Positions 24,101 to 35,859 of a DNA stretch of 64,000 nt are shown in pieces. The stretch covers positions 47,616,001 to 47,680,000 of the forward strand of contig NC_079166.1 of assembly GCF_947568905.1 (NCBI RefSeq), read 5' to 3'. The notes below the pieces were generated by a model that worked only from the letters and a program-made list of their open reading frames with translations, did not search any database and was not told the origin of the DNA. Position 1 is the stretch's first letter. Each line of letters opens with the position of its first letter. The translations under genes were made by a program, and so were the position numbers. This DNA is from Ostrea edulis. Taxonomy: Eukaryota.

Positions 24101-25040
24101 AATAAGCTATTGTATATTATGATAATGTATATCATCCTGTTTAGAATGGCACGCCAACTCATACAGCGCCCTCCACGCCTAAGCACGGTGTTCTCAGGAA
24201 AGAAATGTGCATAGTTCTCTTCCGAAAGGAATGTTTAAGCATCTATAACTCCGTCATCGAGACATTTCTGTCCTACTTCACAGAGATTAAGATTGCATCT
24301 GCACCTTATTACGTCATTGAAGGTTTTAGTGACATCAGTAAAATTCCTCACGTGAAGTTGTTCATCCTGGTTTGTGATAGCACTATTAATTACGGAAGCG
24401 GAAGCAAGGATTTGAGATTGGCAACTATTAAAGTGCTTAAAACGTGGGGAGGTAAGTTAACATGCCACGTTTTATATTTGTCTATCCATTTCAAAAGATT
24501 ATTAATTGTATTGTTGATTTTACAGTTTTATCATGAACATTTTAAATAAGTTTGCAGCATTTAGATACATATACATGTATATTGAAATGTTCATGATAAA
24601 GAAATTACGAGTTATATACTTCCTTTTGGTATTTTACTGACGTTTTAATATTTTTTAATGTATATTTAACTACTTTATACCGTACAGCACATCACATGGA
24701 TAAAATTAATTTTGAGACAAATAACACAATTTGTAAAACAGATCAATTCTTTCCCCATTACAAGTAATAATACTCACTATCGCCTACAGCTGTGCCTATA
24801 TTGATCATCGGTAATGATGAAGAATCGAAGAGACTAACAGGGCACACACAATACAACAGCAACATGAGGTTTGTGTTCTCCAACGAACTAGTGCAGGACC
24901 AAGCATCAGCTGGCAGGGTCTTTAGTCTTTGGCGGGAGATGTCCCCTCACCAAATGAGTCACCTCAGAAAACTCATCAAACCGATCCTTAACGAGGTGAA
25001 AACGGTACCACAGCTCAGGTTTATTACTTTGACAAAGTGA
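18169..25040 (+). CDS. Uncharacterised single-pass membrane protein: signal peptide, coiled-coil-like ectodomain, TM, alpha/beta cytoplasmic domain, ~330 aa
   Basis: Exons 18169-18179 (MEK), 21210-21580 (STVFSVIGVVASVQWMWSAVASAS..ECRTGDEESCPW..MKSKFKNLETSFNEQISQRESLE..), 22832-22937 (EIILYFLLTLVMYEIFTRV..), 24198-24451 (..MCIVLF..KLFILVCDST..) and 24790-25040 (AVPILIIGND..*). All boundaries are GT-AG with compatible phases 2,1,2,1 (993 nt open). The first and last exon ends are less certain. Confidence 0.7.
18702..18995 (-). mobile_element. Penelope-like element 3' end fragment
   Basis: Reverse-complement match to the 3' UTR of the copy at 46691-47334. Confidence 0.7.
19965..20190 (-). repeat. 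33-bp minisatellite (~6-7 copies) with decayed flanking copies to ~19760-20290
   Basis: Minus-strand unit CTAGAAGTTCCCACTCTAGAAATAGGAGGCATT, which translates as LEVPTLEIGGI or HSRSSHSRNRR. Confidence 0.9.
20485..21045 (-). mobile_element. Penelope-like element, 5'-truncated, decayed RT thumb plus 3' UTR
   Basis: Translation VTTQLYDKRDDVSFSIVNFPYLCSNIPLSPVYGVYIFQLIRY matches the + strand copy at 46.7 kb. Confidence 0.8.
23245..23510 (+). mobile_element. Short HINE-like element in intron of the membrane-protein gene
   Basis: 5' CCCTACCGGTGAGGCCGGAGGG hairpin, CTGTTTGTCCGTC microsatellite remnant, body GATATTCATTTGATATTTGGTATATTGCTTTACCATGAC, and GGCCCTTGGACTTAG motif. Confidence 0.5.
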
Positions 25041-28000
25041 GGGAGATCTCACGAATAGAACAACATACATTCAGGAAATACATGTACCAGAATCTGGGTC
25101 CTTGACAGAGCCAATGCGCGAAAGCATATCGTTATCTGTTTGTATTTTTGAAACGCTCAATGTTTATATGTGCCATATTCGTTTCGCCTTGTTTCTCTTA
25201 GTTTAGCTTTTTTGTAGAAAGAGGGTCATTATAGCGAATGTCAATTAAACAGTACTAACTTCTCGGCGAGTAGGATTCCGTTTGAACAGGGATTGTTTAC
25301 CTTGAACTATGTTATATAGCTTTCGTAATCAGGTTTGCATGGTGTCAATGTTATATTTAAATAAAGTAGATTTAAAATTTAACTTTAGATTTTTAAAGAA
25401 AATAAATCTATTGATACATTCTTATATGAATGTTTTCCTGCAGGTGCTGGAGTTATATATACATTTGCAATTTTCTTAGCTTTAGTATGCGAAACCGAAA
25501 AGACGATTTTTTTAATGTGTGAGATTTATGATGTGTGGCTTTAGAAATGTGTGATATGTCCGCAAATTGCATTTCTATTAATCCAATTTATACAGTATCA
25601 TCACGTTTTCTTCAGTCTAGTCAGCTGTTCATTAACATTTGCTATTGTGTTCAAGTAATCATATGACTAGGATGTACGAAAATCATGGATTATAAATTGT
25701 TATATGTTGTATGTTTTTCGTTATGTACTTATTCATGTTAAAAGTTTCATATTAAAGAACACTGTTTCACAATATATGATATTGTACATGTATATTTCTT
25801 CAAACATTGTTATAAGTGATCTTTAATCTCTTATACTCTTATACACATATATGGTCGTGTAATTGTGAACATGAGAACAGAAACGACTGTGGTCAACCGT
25901 CATTAGAATTCAGTCATGCCTACGACAATTTACTAGGGACAGTGGAGATGTCCTAGAGGGGTAAGAAAGTGGCTCAGATTTTTCTTTATACACGATTCTT
26001 AAATGACAGAAAGCTTATTAGGTGACGCAATCACTTCTGGTTTGGATGATGTATACTACATTTGGTCAGATCCCCTACCACTTGCTCTAACATTTCTACA
26101 TAGAAAATTTCGTGTAAATTGATCATTTTTTTTTTTTACATTTCATTTTACAGAACAGCAAACCCACCTTAAAAGTATTGATGACAAATATAACGTTGGA
26201 TACAACCATTATCAAAACGTAAAGTGTAGGATACAATCATTCCTAAGGCATTGACGATTTGCAGCGATGTGTGTTCTTAATGTATTTTGTGATGCCATCT
26301 GGATTTCCCCCCATTGTTTTTAGATTTGAATGTTGAAATGTATTCTCTATTACAAGTTGCACAACATAGATCTCCAAAAGGGAGATTTCCAACAAGGTTT
26401 TAGGTCCGCATTCCATGGACACCATTTACAACAGCATGTAAATCACAGGGGCCAAACTCGCTGTGTCATTACTACAAATGGTAAACTAAATTCCTCATTC
26501 CTACCAATACCTTTATTAATACTTTTATAATGAAAATTCTCAAATATTTTGCTGTTTGCTTAGATATTAAGACCGCGTAATTCCATACAGCATTAGAATT
26601 TGATCAGAAGTTCTGAGAAGTCGTGATGGTGTGAACAAATTTAATATTTACGTGTCTTTTGAAATTCTTAAATGAGAAACATCTAACACGTAATGAAAGA
26701 GTGAAAAGTGGGGTTTCTACTTACTAGTATGCCCTAGTCCCCATCTAGATATTTGGGTCCGAGAGATGGATGAATTAATAAAACTTTGTATTAATATCAC
26801 TCTCTGTCTTTGGATAAAAAGCAGTCAGGAATGATTAAACGACAGGGATGGCGGACACCTGCTTTTGTAAGATGATTTTTTGAAATTTCTTAGATACAAA
26901 GGTTTTTAACGTAATATGTCATCTAATTGAATCAACGTTAGAAGGCCTCTTTATAATGAAGTCGTTGTTGGATGTAATAAATCGGGGTAGATATATGTTT
27001 TGACAAACTGTATAATATTTGTATCAAAAGTATACAGTTACTGACTATCTATGGAAATATGTTGGGTTGACCAAATCAATAGGCAGAAGGATAATTCGTA
27101 TCCTTAGGCTCAGCAGTCAGTTTAGGGCCGTGACCAATCCGATATACATACATATTTGTTGGCACATTGTTGGTAACAAACAGAATAACAATTTCTAAAT
27201 TGATAATGAAGATATACTACCTGCTCATACACATGTATATCAATTATCACGGAGTCGATTTATAAATCACAAAAAAGAGTGAACCATTTCAATCTATAAG
27301 ACGTTTAGCTTCATAGAGAGGTACATTTGGTTTTCAAATCAGTGAAGCGTCATCTTTGAAATAAAAGCTAGGTAGTAAAATCTTCATTTAAAATTCAGTA
27401 AAACAGAATGCACACGTCAGGAAATAACCCCAAACTACACTGACATGGATATTTAACTCTTAACACCTTGACTTGACTGTGGTAGTCGTTGCTTCCCCTA
27501 CACCTTGAAGCGTAGCCTCGTCCTGATGAAGTAGCAAATGCATTGTATAGCGATCGCTAAACAAAATGTGCATGCTATTGTACATGCTATTGTACATGTA
27601 TGGTTTTATCATAACAGAAAATACAACTATATATCAACATGACAGTATCCTGTAAACACAAGAATACAACATTTTACTTCTTCAATACCGGGCCAGAAAT
27701 AGATTAAATAAGCATATTGGTGAAAACTTGCTTTATGAGTATATTTGTACCACAAAAATTAATGATCTTACATTTCTGTGTACTTAATTTTTATTTAGGA
27801 ACGTGTAAGACATTCCATACCCGTGATTCAGAGTGAAAAGTACAAACTACTTATCTTGCATGTTTCTGTTGCACGCATGGGCATTGAATTTTTTTAAAAT
27901 GATCAGAGTATAAGATAATGCTAACGTATTCATAAGAAATTCAAAAATGTAAAGAAAGCGATGATTGGCCTCCAACAGACTATATCATTGTTATTTAAAA

Positions 28001-29059
28001 TTTTAATCGATAATGCTATCTAAATCCGTATTTTTGTTGATAATCTAACACACGCATGCTAAGACGTACAAAGTGAAAGTACAAAGTCTCATATACAACT
28101 GATGTATTATTTATAGAATTACTCGTTTGTCTGTAATTTGCTTGCTACGGAGTGTAACTACCTCATTCCTATCAATATCTTTAAACTGAAAATTCTCACT
28201 TTTGTTTGTTTAGACATTTAACTCGTACATGTATAACTCCAGTGCATTGAATGGAGCGGTTCATTTCATTTCAAGGCAGTTTAGCTTTATTGTACATAAT
28301 GCTAAAATTGAATATCTCAAATCATTTTGTTCCTCCACAGTAGTATCTTTACATCGCCGATTTGTGGTTTACACGTTACGTAAGACCCCCCTATTTAAAC
28401 AGACGACTCGAATGAACTGCACAGGTGATCTCATTTTAAAAGCAAACTGTCCAGAGTAGAGTGTAAAGTTTTTCATGGCAGCTTTTCCTCTCTCTTTCCA
28501 TGATGTGGTACACACAACGTTGACAATAAGTTTAAATTAGAATCACCTTAGCGTAAAACGTACATATACAATTACCATTGTTGCAATGGCTGAAAGTTTT
28601 ACAATTAATTCAAACCCAAACTCTTAGACTCAAACCAGATTACCCTTATAAACTATCATTACTTTTGTTCATCTCATTAATATGAAAGTGAAGAAGAAAA
28701 AAACAATGCATGTCTTTAATTTATTTTATTTATCTAATCAAACTATATCAACATTTGTTTGCATATCTTGACTGGGACATCGTCGGTATCATCTTCTCTA
28801 TATCAGTTTAATCCAGATCACGTTGACAACTGCTCGTAGCTCTCGGATTGTGCTTGTGTTTTACCGCAGTCTTCTCACGTCCGTATTAGTCCAGCACACT
28901 AAGGTACTGGCTTCCCTGTAAGCTGACGTCATTGGTTCAGTTTTTCTGCTGTGTAGAACACACGTGGTGCGGAACACGGACACGAGACTCTCTCTAGTGA
29001 GGGATGGGGAGCCTCGGTGGAGACCCCCTGTAGTGAGGGGTGGGGAGCTCGGTGGATAT

Positions 29060-30099
29060 TCATAGCCATAGAAGTAGAAACTGTAAGGACAACAGCATCA
29101 GTCCCATCGAACAACGTCTGAAAATAAAAACTCGGATTTAAAGCCATGTTTGTATTGCTGAAAGTGAGTGTAATGGAGCAGACATAGAAATCTTTCTGAA
29201 TATAAAGGGACATCAGTATTGAGAAAAAACCACAGATTTAAAAAAAATTAATTTATTATTTTACGCGTTTATGATACATATTTTATGATTGATTTGCACA
29301 GTAACATAGTTAAGAAAACTGCATGTACAGGTGAACACGACTGAAATGAGAAACATGAACTAACTTGGCGTCAGACGTGGTACCAGGTCCTGCTTGTTCA
29401 GGGAAACTTCGGTTTGGATGATGCATTTTCTTGTCTAAATGATAGCACTGCTGATCTGCAAGGTAAAGGAGTAGAATGTTGACGCTTAATAGTTCAAATA
29501 AGATTAAGATAATGTTATTTCGAATTCATGATGATGAAACGTGTCTAATTGTGAGAAACGCTGAATTATTTCTATTCTTACATCTGTGAGATACGTCAGA
29601 GGAGTAGTGAGACGGACAGGGCACATCAGCCTGGGAACACGAGTGTTCAAAATTTGTTTGAATCCGAAGTCCCTTTTCGTTGTATTCGGCACAGTAAGCT
29701 GAAAATGTACAGATAGATGTTATCCATTTCTTTTTTAATGAAATGGGAAGAACATAAAACAATATGACACAAAATTGAGCAGAAAAAATGGTTTGTTCTG
29801 CCTTATCACACGTGCGTTCATGAACGATTAGCTTATTGGTCCCTGGTTACAACAAATTGTCCACTGTGCCCTATCACATACTCTGATGTCAACGGTGTTT
29901 TAAAATTGATTTTTGTATGATTTCTGTAGCGTTGTCATTCATTTTAACATTACGCAAATTGTCTTCATACATGTATATTTAATTAACAGTATACATGTAT
30001 ACTTATCTGTCATACACAGTCGTGTGTATCAATCAGTATATGTGTAATTGTCATCAACACTTTGTATTACATCGTGTATTTTTACATATCATCAAAGTG

Positions 30100-30170
<71 letters not shown>

Positions 30171-31352
30171 TCCCGTGGTTCGGTATGATTATTATCCCTG
30201 AGCCTTGGCGAGGGGATAGAAAACACACGACGGGTGGATAATACTAATATCTAACCACAAACTATGGGATATTCTTTTTATCACATGTTTTATCCCAACA
30301 TACCATTGAATTCGCATTTTCAAAATATCCTGTTTTGTTTACCTCAACTATATTCGTAACGTTAACATTACGCCGCTACAAATAGTTCGTTGGGAAATAG
30401 AAATAAAAATGAATATTGACTGTCACAATGTTTGATTCATAAAAAAGATAATTTTTAATGAGAAAAAAATGACATTTCAGAACGGTTTACTTTGGAGTTG
30501 TGTGATTATTCATGAATATGGCAGTCATCCGAATCTGTGTCATAGATCTTTGGATTTGTTACATACATGCGACATGTTTGAATGTTGACCATGAATTTTC
30601 CACCATGTGTATCGTCATTCAGAGAATTTATATGTTACCTGTGAAATGAAGGGTGGTGGAGCTTTCATTGTTAGATGTGTTTATGTTTCCTGCGTCTGTA
30701 GTTGTGATGGAATCGTTTTGTGTGCACTGGAATGTGGCGTATCCCGGATGAATTTGGTGCGTGTAGTTGGAAAGTTGATATCCACTAGATAAAGGGGTAA
30801 ATATGTGAAAAAGGACCTTAGTGTGTTCGCTTCCTAATGTGAACTATCGGGTTTTCTAACACTCAGAAAGATTTACACAGTAAGACATGATCAGTTATGA
30901 CAAAGGGGGGTTCAATAAAACGGTTTTCATTTTGAGTTTTAGAAAAAGCGGTTTCAATTCATGTCACCTAATATGGTTTTTTTTTTCTGTCAATGTATTT
31001 TTTCTTTCCTTGATCATTGAGAATATTTTACTATCGACACAAAACATGATCAGGAGTTGTATGCAACGCCGAGCTGAAGACCGTTTTACTTTTTCGAGAC
31101 GATAACTAGGCTAGATAATGAAAATGGCAGGTCTGTTCCTCGATCGTATAACTAATTAACATATAAATTCAGTGTTTTCAAATTTTGAAGAATTTAACAA
31201 CACCTGAGCCACGTCCATCAATTTTTTTTTTAAATTTGAAATTGTGTCACTCTGATCCAGTACCCATGCACATTACGTCACGCGGCGTAGGAAAACCTAC
31301 TTTGCGTTTGGGATACGAATAATTTATCGTATGAGTGATATCCACTGGATAT

Positions 31353-31403
<51 letters not shown>

Positions 31404-33097
31404 GTTTTATGTCTTTAGATTTGTTGTGTCGGTACCTTGTCAAGAATTACAACCCTTAGCGCAATGCTCTAACCACTCGGCCACGGAGGCCCTTTGTCCA
31501 TTGAAGTAGAGACATGTTATAAATATCTTTGATTGAATTCTTAACTTAATAGACCTTTGGGGCAATGAAATGTTCAATATTTCCAAATTGCATACGTATG
31601 TATCTTTTAAAACTACTTTTAGTGGGGAAAATTATGTAGTACTGGATATGCCTAAATATTTACGTTTAATTTTGGCACAATTTAGATGGATTTTACCATT
31701 ACGAATAGAGACTGGTAGATATCATGGAGAACCTGTTGAATGAATTCGTACCCTTTGTTCCGAAAATAGTGTAGAAGACGAAATTCATTTTGTACTACGA
31801 ATATCGATCAAAACTTTTTTGAAAATACTGGATTTAATGTTAGCAAGGTCAGATATGGATGTACTGTGCGTGCTAATTTCAAATTATGCTCGACAGGTTG
31901 CAAAAGATTTGTGTTCTTCATTAAGCGTAGACAGTCGGTTATTTTCAAAAATTAAGAATGTAAATTGTGTGTGTATATGTATTTATGTATACATGCATAT
32001 TGTTATATACTTTTCTCAATATCTCACAAAAGACACTGATGAACTTGGTACTGCAGGTATTGATTTACAATATGTATATATTTGTAATGTGTATATTTTC
32101 ATATATTTTTCCTTCATTTCTTAACGCTGTGCTCCTTTTTTTCTTTATGTACTGCATTTAAGCTTTGTGTTTAAAGTGGCATATATATACATGTACTGGT
32201 AGGCCCGATGGGCCGATATAAATAAATAAACTACTACATGTGTACTACTGAACTGAGATAGCGTCCTCTTTATAAGCAGGTAATCAGTGTGTATAACGGA
32301 TATATGTCTTTCTATAATAAGCTTCTACTCACATAGAACAATCTGATGTCGTAAAGCAGTGTATATAACAGATATATCTATAATAAGCTACTCACATAGA
32401 ACAATCTGATGTCGTAAAGCAGTGTATACATGTATAACAGATATATCTATAATAAGCTACTCACATAGAACAATTTGATGTCGTAAAGCAGTGTATATAA
32501 CAGATATATCTATAATAAGCTTACTCACATAGAATAATCTGATGCCGTAGAGCGCAGACCTCTACGGTTTTGTTCCAAAAGGAGTTTGGGAGGCAGTGAT
32601 AAACAAAGTCCCTTCTTTTCCCACAAGACTGTATAACGGTAGAACATTTCATCATGTCCGCTCTCCTATTCCACTCCTTCAGATTTTTTGGACAGCTTGG
32701 AACTTGTTGAACTGTTTGAAGAGACTCAAGGCAGATCCCATAGGTATTCTGAATAAAATGGAAGGATACACCTAATTTGATTCTTGTGAAAGCTCCTATT
32801 CATTTTGAAATAGATGATACGATATTCATAGTGTTTGTGCGTACAGAATAAAAGAGGGAGTATATTGCTTTTATCATTTTCTTTGCTCTTATACATTAAA
32901 TATGTGGGGAGAGACACTAGTGTTTCAGGCCTAGGGTATATCAACACTGCCTGTAATGGTTATACCTTTATGTGTTTTCTTCCTTCAGTCAAATTTAAAA
33001 TCATCAGACTCATGCATGCATAAACAATAATGACTCCAAGAAAATGGACGAGCATAGCTAAGTAACACCGGGAAACAGCCTGTGTAAAGAAAGCCAT
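29060..33097 (-). CDS. Uncharacterised secreted 10-Cys protein with hydrophobic C-terminus (probable GPI anchor), paralogue G, ~205 aa
   Basis: Exons 33097-32966 (..MLVHFLGVIIVYACMSLMILNLTEGRKHIK), 32748-32529 (NTYGICLESL..SCPKNLKEW..YHCLPNSFWNKTVEVCALRHQIIL), 29698-29582 (SYCAEYN..CPSHYSSDVSHR), 29455-29365 (YQQCYHLD..) and 29117-29060 (KRCSMGLMLLSLQFLLLWL*). GT-AG introns, phases 0,1,1,2, 618 nt open. Confidence 0.85.
31455..31493 (-). mobile_element. tRNA-SINE head fragment
   Basis: Reverse complement reads GGGCCTCCGTGGCCGAGTGGTTAGAGCATTGCGCT, the same head as the SINEs at 9883 and 35860. Confidence 0.6.
32288..32555 (-). repeat. ~63-69-bp minisatellite (4 copies) made of exon-2 end plus splice donor of paralogue G
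   Basis: Minus-strand unit TGCTTTACGACATCAGATTGTTCTAT|GTGAGTAGCTTATTATAGATATATCTGTTATATACAC. The first unit is the true exon end (donor at 32528). Confidence 0.9.
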
Positions 33098-35414
33098 AAA
33101 TTAATTAATTTCGATTTCAGTAACAAGTCAACAAAATAGCCATGGATCTATTTGATTTACACACTCTGTACTGATAAACTAAACTACATAATTTTAAATC
33201 AAAGTTTGTACAAACGGTCGATATCACACTTGTAGTTACATTTGTGAGACACCTACCTCACAATGAACTATTCAGTACTTCTCTAGATGAAATCAAACTG
33301 TAGATATAATCACAATTGTACGTGTTCCAGTTTTATAAAGGTGTAAATTTCCAATATTGTATTGTCAGGAGATATTTTGTTTTATTATAAGATTTTGAAA
33401 ATTTTCAAACAAAATTAGAAAAAAAAAACAACAACTACAAAACACGAATATTTCAAATCCGATGAGCGCATAAGAATATCATTACTAATTAAATTTGTTT
33501 ATTCTTGTTTTTGTTTTTCTCCATGTTAGATCACGAATTTCAAATGTTTACATCGGCAGTATTTACAAGTCTGGTTTAATCTGAAGAAGCCTAGCAGTGA
33601 TACATTATTCATGGGCATACTTATTAACGAATATTGAATTTTACTGATTAGTAAGATGTCCACACTACGTGTACAATTTTGTTATAATTAGCTGTATCTA
33701 TTTTTAACTTTGGATTTCCCCTACTTATATAGGTCAAGTACATACACTTGCATGTACAGCACATTTATGGTGAACTGTGGATTTTGTTTTTGTCTGCTTT
33801 GATAGAACGTATTTTCTATCCCTTTTCTACTTTAACCAAAGAGACATTTCATTGTTTCTCCTGCTATATAACACAGTACTTTATTTGGCGGATATTCTAG
33901 CTGTAATTAATATATGGAATCACAGTATATACCAGTATACGGTACATGTACCAGTGTGAATATTGGCGTGGCTAGGAAATATGCTTTTCATGAATAAACT
34001 GATGCATGAGAACAAGAATACAAAGAGAACAATTTGAGTAGAAACCCTCATAAAACTTTCAAATTTGATCATAATTGAACTGTAATAGATACACATATTG
34101 TTCTGTTGCATTATGGGACGTGTGTTTCTTCCCGTATCACAATGTGCAATTTATGTAAATTTTAACCGCTACTAATATCTGTAATGTTTGATGTGTGTTG
34201 CCAGTCTTTAACATTCCCTATTTCGGTCAAGTCAGTGGCGTTTTTTAGACCCACTATCATGATTTTTTGGTTAAGTCTAAGTTCTAATTACTGGAAATTT
34301 GGATTATCTCCATTTACAAAATTGGTTTATTTCTCATATTTATATTTTGTGTCTGGTAAAATTATATGACATTGTTAATAATACTTTTGATAATTTAAAA
34401 CGAATTATTAAACGTCACAAAGGTGGCACCACATGACAAACTGTTTTTGAAGGAGGATAAGACATGGTGTTTTTAGTGATGAGAGGATCATGGAAACAAA
34501 TAGCAATTTAATGGGTTATTGGGATATCAAAAGACTTATTGCATTGATATAAAACTTTATAATGTGTTTGCATGATTTAAACTTCATGCATAACCGAATT
34601 TAATTAGTAAATTGAAAGGCGTCATTTTGGAACTGAGGTCTTGCATTATGTAACGATGATACATTGTACACTTGGATCTTTGTTTCTCAAAGGAAAGTTA
34701 TCTTTGTGTATCTAAGATAAATACTGTGGATCGAGGTCTTCACTGATGATAGATCTATGCCGATGCACGTGTTGAAATGGAGATGAATAAAAGCGGACGA
34801 AATAAAGATATACGTTGTGTAACTATGCGACTCGTGATGCTTTAAAGATATTCAAGGTGAAATTTCTAACGACCCAAAAATGGACTAGAAGCAATTGTTA
34901 CAGATATCTCTAACAAAATCGTGCTTAATCATGCGGTTTTAGTGCAAAATATTTTCGTATCATATTATATACAGGTACATGTATGATAGCTTTCAGTGAT
35001 TTTTATGTGATAATCGTAACTGATAAATAATAAAGGTATATTAAAAGCACAGTCTAAGAATACAATGTAGATACGTATTTGCCTCAGCTCTAGCATTTCG
35101 TCAAACAAAACTCGTATGTTTAGATGAATAAAAATACAAACAATAACACATTGTATTTTATGACCAATGTTGTGCTTCGGTTAAGTACATGTAAGAGTGA
35201 TTTTCACAAAAGTTGTAATGTACATAGTACTTTTATAGATAACATTTTGAGAAATTTTCGATATATGTATTGCACTTCTAGAATTCTATCAGTATACATC
35301 TACATGTATATATATTTAAAATTTGTACAATATCAATAGATTTCTGATTCATCCAAACACCGACACCTTATCTAAATAAACAAGCATCCCGAGAGTATTG
35401 CATGGTAATACATA

Positions 35415-35655
35415 GTTCCCAACCGGCAGAATTTTTTTAATTTTCTAAATCCAAGGGTCATAACTCAGCAAAAAAATAAAAGGACCGGAACAAAATTCGA
35501 ACTTGATCTGTAACTTGTCATGGTAAAGCAATGTACCAAATATCAACACCCATGTGGAAAAACGGTGCAGAAAATTAATTTGCCGGACTGACAGACAGAC
35601 GGAGTGCAAACCTAATGTTCCCTTCGGCGAAACTTGGGGGAAGGGGACTAATAAA
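35415..35655 (-). mobile_element. Short HINE-like element, reverse orientation
   Basis: Minus strand begins TTATTAGTCCCCTTCCCCC..GAAGGGAACATTAGGTTTGCACTCCGTCTGTCTGTCAGTCC. Confidence 0.5.
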
Positions 35656-35859
35656 GCTCTATATCGTGTGTACGATTTATACTAGAACTTGTCCCATTCT
35701 CTGTTTCGGATCGCAAATATCCATGAGCAATTTAATGATTTATTTTCTTTATTAAATAAGGTTGTATCTACAGTACCCGTTCCCTGTAAACCATTGGATA
35801 GCATGTATTGTGTCTTATAACTTCGAGAACATCTTTTTTTAAAACAACCAGAATCATAA

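Noticed and set aside
26320-26475. Possible extra exon downstream of the membrane-protein gene
   Set aside because: The frame compatible with the acceptor has an internal TAG, and the open frame is preceded by a stop.
30170-31345. Probable interspersed repeat (Crypton-like ends suspected)
   Set aside because: No TIR, TSD or second copy in the window to define its boundaries.
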